NCBI GenBank assembly: GCA_002794465.1
Contig: MTSL01000178.1
Coordinates: 10,224-42,223 of the forward strand
From: Paramicrosporidium saccamoebae KSL3
Taxonomy: Eukaryota; Fungi; Cryptomycota
Direction: 5' to 3'
DNA length: 32,000 nucleotides
Shown here: positions 28,875 to 32,000 of the stretch, piece by piece
How positions within the stretch are numbered: position 1 is the stretch's first letter
How the letters are laid out: every line of letters begins with the position of its first letter
Translations under genes and position numbers: made by a program
Notes under the pieces: model-generated
What the model was told of the DNA's origin: nothing
Databases searched by the model: none
What the model saw: only the letters and a program-made list of their open reading frames with translations

Positions 28875-30005
28875 ATGGAGCATCTAACAAGTATGGCAGC
28901 GTCGGCCAGTGAGGAACTTGTTACATTGGATGCAGCATCCTTAGGCCCACCAGCGGTGGTACTGGCCACGGCAGGCTATGACCACACGATACGTTTCTGG
29001 GATGTCGTCCGCAGTTCCTGCATTGGCACCCTGCAGCATAACGAGTCACAGGCCAATTGCATGGCTCTGACACGGGACAAGCTGCGGCTGGCAGTGGGCG
29101 GGAATCCTGCCATTAGACTCTTTGACACTGTTGCAGCCACACAACTGACTGAGGAGGGCGTCGTCAACACCACCGCCAATGTCCCTCCCTTGCACGTCTT
29201 TGAGGGCCACATTGGAAACGTCGTGGCCCTTGGCTTCCATACTGATGGCGATTGGCTTTGGAGCGCTAGTGAGGATGGGACTGTCCGAATATGGGACATT
29301 ACCAGTCCCGAATATTTGTGCCAGCGCGAAATCAGTCTCGGATGCACTATTACAAGCGCAGCCATATCACCCTCACAAACTGAATTGTATGTGGCCGATC
29401 AGAACGGACGGGTGAGAGTATGGGATCTTGCCTCCAACACATCGCTGTTGGAGCAGTATGTGGAGGAGGGGGTCCAGCTCCGTTGCATTAGTCTTTCCCA
29501 AGATGGAAATCACATGGCATGCATTGATCATGCGGGACGACTCCATCTTTGGCGGATAGCCGTCACCACAGCGGAAGACGAAGATGCCACTTTGCTTTCT
29601 TTGCACCATTTATGCACGGTGCAGGCACACGAACAATATGGTCTTAAATGTCTATTCAGTCCTGATTCAAGTTTCATCCTCACCACCTCGTCGGATTCTA
29701 CTGCGCGATTGTGGAGGATCACTGATCCCCGTCTGCTCACTGGATCGAATGGCAGTCTCAATAGGAGTTTCACAGAGCTCTCCGAGCCGCAAGTCTTGCT
29801 AGAATTGGCCCAGACATTTGAAGGACACAGCAAGTGGGTATGGGACTGCGCCTTTTCGGCCGACTCGGCCTACGTTGTGACGACGTCATCCGACAACACA
29901 GCCCGTCTATGGGACGTAAGCACCGCAGAGACTATCGCAATCTATGCTGGCCACAGCAAAGCAGTCACATGTCTTGTTCTCAACGACCTCCCCCATCTCC
30001 AATAA
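28875..30005 (+). CDS. LST8: TOR complex subunit LST8 (GbetaL), WD40 protein; start at 28875 or 28893
   Basis: Contains VVLATAGYDHTIRFW, LQHNESQ.N, HEQYGLKCLFSPD, GHSKWVWDCAFSADSAYVVTTSSD and GHSKAVTCL.LND. Confidence 0.92.
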   Translation: MEHLTSMAASASEELVTLDAASLGPPAVVLATAGYDHTIRFWDVVRSSCIGTLQHNESQANCMALTRDKLRLAVGGNPAIRLFDTVAATQLTEEGVVNTTANVPPLHVFEGHIGNVVALGFHTDGDWLWSASEDGTVRIWDITSPEYLCQREISLGCTITSAAISPSQTELYVADQNGRVRVWDLASNTSLLEQYVEEGVQLRCISLSQDGNHMACIDHAGRLHLWRIAVTTAEDEDATLLSLHHLCTVQAHEQYGLKCLFSPDSSFILTTSSDSTARLWRITDPRLLTGSNGSLNRSFTELSEPQVLLELAQTFEGHSKWVWDCAFSADSAYVVTTSSDNTARLWDVSTAETIAIYAGHSKAVTCLVLNDLPHLQ

Positions 30006-30167
30006 ATGTATATATTTTGTGTGAGTATATATGTGATGTAAAAGATTGACTAGCCGGGTATCTGAGAATATAAGTGTGACTAAGTGGACCGATTAACTGG
30101 GTATTGGAGGATTATTAAGTTATTTGTGAGGCCAAAGATAGGTCATGGGATTAACAGTGAACAAGCC

Positions 30168-30232
30168 CTCGTCTCGTCTCATCTTGTCTCGCCTCGCCTC
30201 ATCTCATCTCATCTCACCTCGCCTCATCTCCC
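30168..30232. repeat. Pentamer microsatellite (CTCNN) x13, intergenic
   Basis: ctcgt ctcgt ctcat cttgt ctcgc ctcgc ctcat ctcat ctcat ctcac ctcgc ctcat ctccc. Confidence 0.85.
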
Positions 30233-30378
30233 CCCCTTCCGCCTGACTTGGTCCATGGTATTTACCTTGGTACGCGACATAGGTGCGGTCTATTATAAAG
30301 GGCCTTTATTTTCAACCCCAGAATTCTAGTTTTGTATTTATTACCGGACTGACCAATTAGGGCAGTGACCTCGAGGTG

Positions 30379-32000
30379 ATGCAGGCAGTACCACTCAAGA
30401 AAAGCCTTCCCGTCTCATTCAAGGCACTTGGTACCTATATCGAGACTGGACATCACCAGGACCCGGAAGAGTATGAGGTGGAGCTGAAGAAGCTCGATGA
30501 CTTGAGACAGGCAGCCATCAACGCAGTGCCCAGCGCAGAAGGTCTGGCTCGACTTGCCGAGTATCACGGACAGCTCTCAAAGCTCTCCACGCGGTTTCCA
30601 ATAGGGGAGGATGGGATAAAGATTGCCTTTTCATGGTTCAACTTTGCAGGCAAGGAAAAGAAGCCAAGTATGTGACTTTTTAATTTTTCTCACACTACAT
30701 TATAGTTGCCTCGCATGAACTGAAATTTGAAGAAGCCTCCATCATAGTAAATATTGGGGCCACGTATAGCCAAATGGCTGCTCAGGAGAGCTATGGCTCC
30801 GTTGATGGTCTCAAACGTGCATATAACAACTTTTTGAATGCTGCGGGTGCCTTTGAATCGGCGGGTCGTTGTGCTTCGGGCGCGCCGATCCCTACCACTG
30901 ACCTTTGCGAGTCGTCCATTTCCTGTCTTGTCGCCATGATGCTTGCTCAAGCACAAGAATGTTTCGTACAAAAGGCGATTCTCGAAAAAGCTGTCAAGGA
31001 CACGACTCTGGCCAAACTGGCCATGTCCACGTCTGCGTTTTTCGAGTCTGCAAAATCCCACGTTTCCAAGAACAGTGCAACCGGAATGTTTGCAAATTAT
31101 GTCGACTGGCTGGCCGGTAAAGCGGCTCTATATCGGGGCATTGCTCATTACCGCAAATCGACCGAGTGTCTCGTGGCATCGCAATATGGAAGAGAGATTG
31201 TCAAGTTGCAAGAAGCCGACGAAGCAGTAAGGGATGCCAAAGAATTGATCAAAAGACTTCCATCAGAGTTGAGTAACCAAATTACCGCCCTTGCTGTGTC
31301 GGTTACAAAGAATCTTGAACGCGCGCTAAAAGATAACTCGCTGATTTACAATGATCCCCTTCCTGCTCGAGGTGCATGGGGCGATTGTGGTGCTGCAGTT
31401 ATTGTCAAAGCCACAGCTTTTCCTGATGCAGCAATCAGCTCCTATACAACGGCGCCGTGTCTATTTGAACGACTGCCAGTCATTCATGTCAGTAGAATAC
31501 TGAATTCGCTTGCTGTGACCCGTGACCAAATTGTGTCTGAGCAACTTGTTCGTCTAGATGCCGCTGTATCCACTCTCGAGGGCGCGTTTACTAAGCATCA
31601 GCTTCCAGGTGTTGTTCATTCTGTGCTCTCTCCAGAGGGACTTCCAGAGGCTTTGATCGCACAATCAGATGAGATTCGTGAAAAAGGCGGATTTACTGCA
31701 TTAGAAGAGATTCGCGAAAAGGTGCAAAATTTGCGTACAGACTGCTCAAAGATTGTCAATGCAACCACTTGCACGCTTGATGACGAAGAGGCACAGGACA
31801 ACAACAACCGACAACGATATGGTCCCCAATGGACACGGGCGCTTTCATCGCAGCTCAACAAGATGCTTCGTGGTCGATTAGACGAGCTAAGGATGACCTT
31901 GAAACAGGGCGAGGCTGCCGATGCCAGTTTCATTGAGATATATAATGAGCATATTCCCTCAATCATCAGTCTATCTCTTTCAAAGGAAGATTTGGAAGAT
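30379..32000 (+). CDS. RIM20: BRO1-domain ESCRT adaptor (ALIX/PalA/Rim20-like), partial at the right edge; intron at 30668-30705
   Basis: Contains VPLKKS, LDDLR, YHGQL..L..RFPI, FSW, then after the 38-nt intron LKFEEASIIVNIGATYSQ, GLKRAYNNFLNAAG.F, MLAQAQECF, and LERALKDNSLIYND. The frame stays open to 32000. The Rim20-versus-Bro1 paralog call is uncertain. Confidence 0.88.

Noticed and set aside
4911-30005. TOR/autophagy gene cluster (TIP41, GSK3, ATG12, LST8)
   Set aside because: The genes are spread over 25 kb among unrelated housekeeping genes, which is consistent with chance in a dense genome.

Overview
This is a very gene-dense eukaryotic window. It is not prokaryotic, and I found no CRISPR array, tRNA, rRNA or mobile element. 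It holds about 22 protein-coding genes, mostly conserved housekeeping genes: RCE1, an M17 leucyl aminopeptidase, TOM40, TIP41, PRP31, a monoglyceride lipase, E2F, eIF3b, a GSK3-type kinase, BUD22, RBM42, mitochondrial EF-G2, D2HGDH, ETF-QO, eIF5, RAD50, ATG12, SRP receptor alpha, LST8 and a BRO1-domain protein (partial). There is also one orphan membrane protein and one unidentified partial ORF. By hand I reconstructed 26 spliceosomal introns, all 28-38 nt and nearly all GTA...TAG. Tiny introns, extreme compaction, a functional mitochondrion and an E2F with an Rb-binding motif together suggest an early-diverging fungal relative, such as a Paramicrosporidium/Mitosporidium-like rozellid. That assignment is inference and is not verified. 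I see no clear novel multi-gene system. The most unusual signals are architectural: (1) divergent gene pairs whose start codons are 0-18 nt apart or overlap (RAD50/ATG12, RBM42/EF-G2, SRPRA/LST8), often next to N-terminal tandem-repeat coding DNA; (2) a strict octapeptide-repeat mitochondrial presequence; (3) a 35-bp array with intron-sized GT..TAG units upstream of PRP31; (4) adjacency of D2HGDH and ETF-QO; (5) a stop codon inside a coding repeat of eIF3b.
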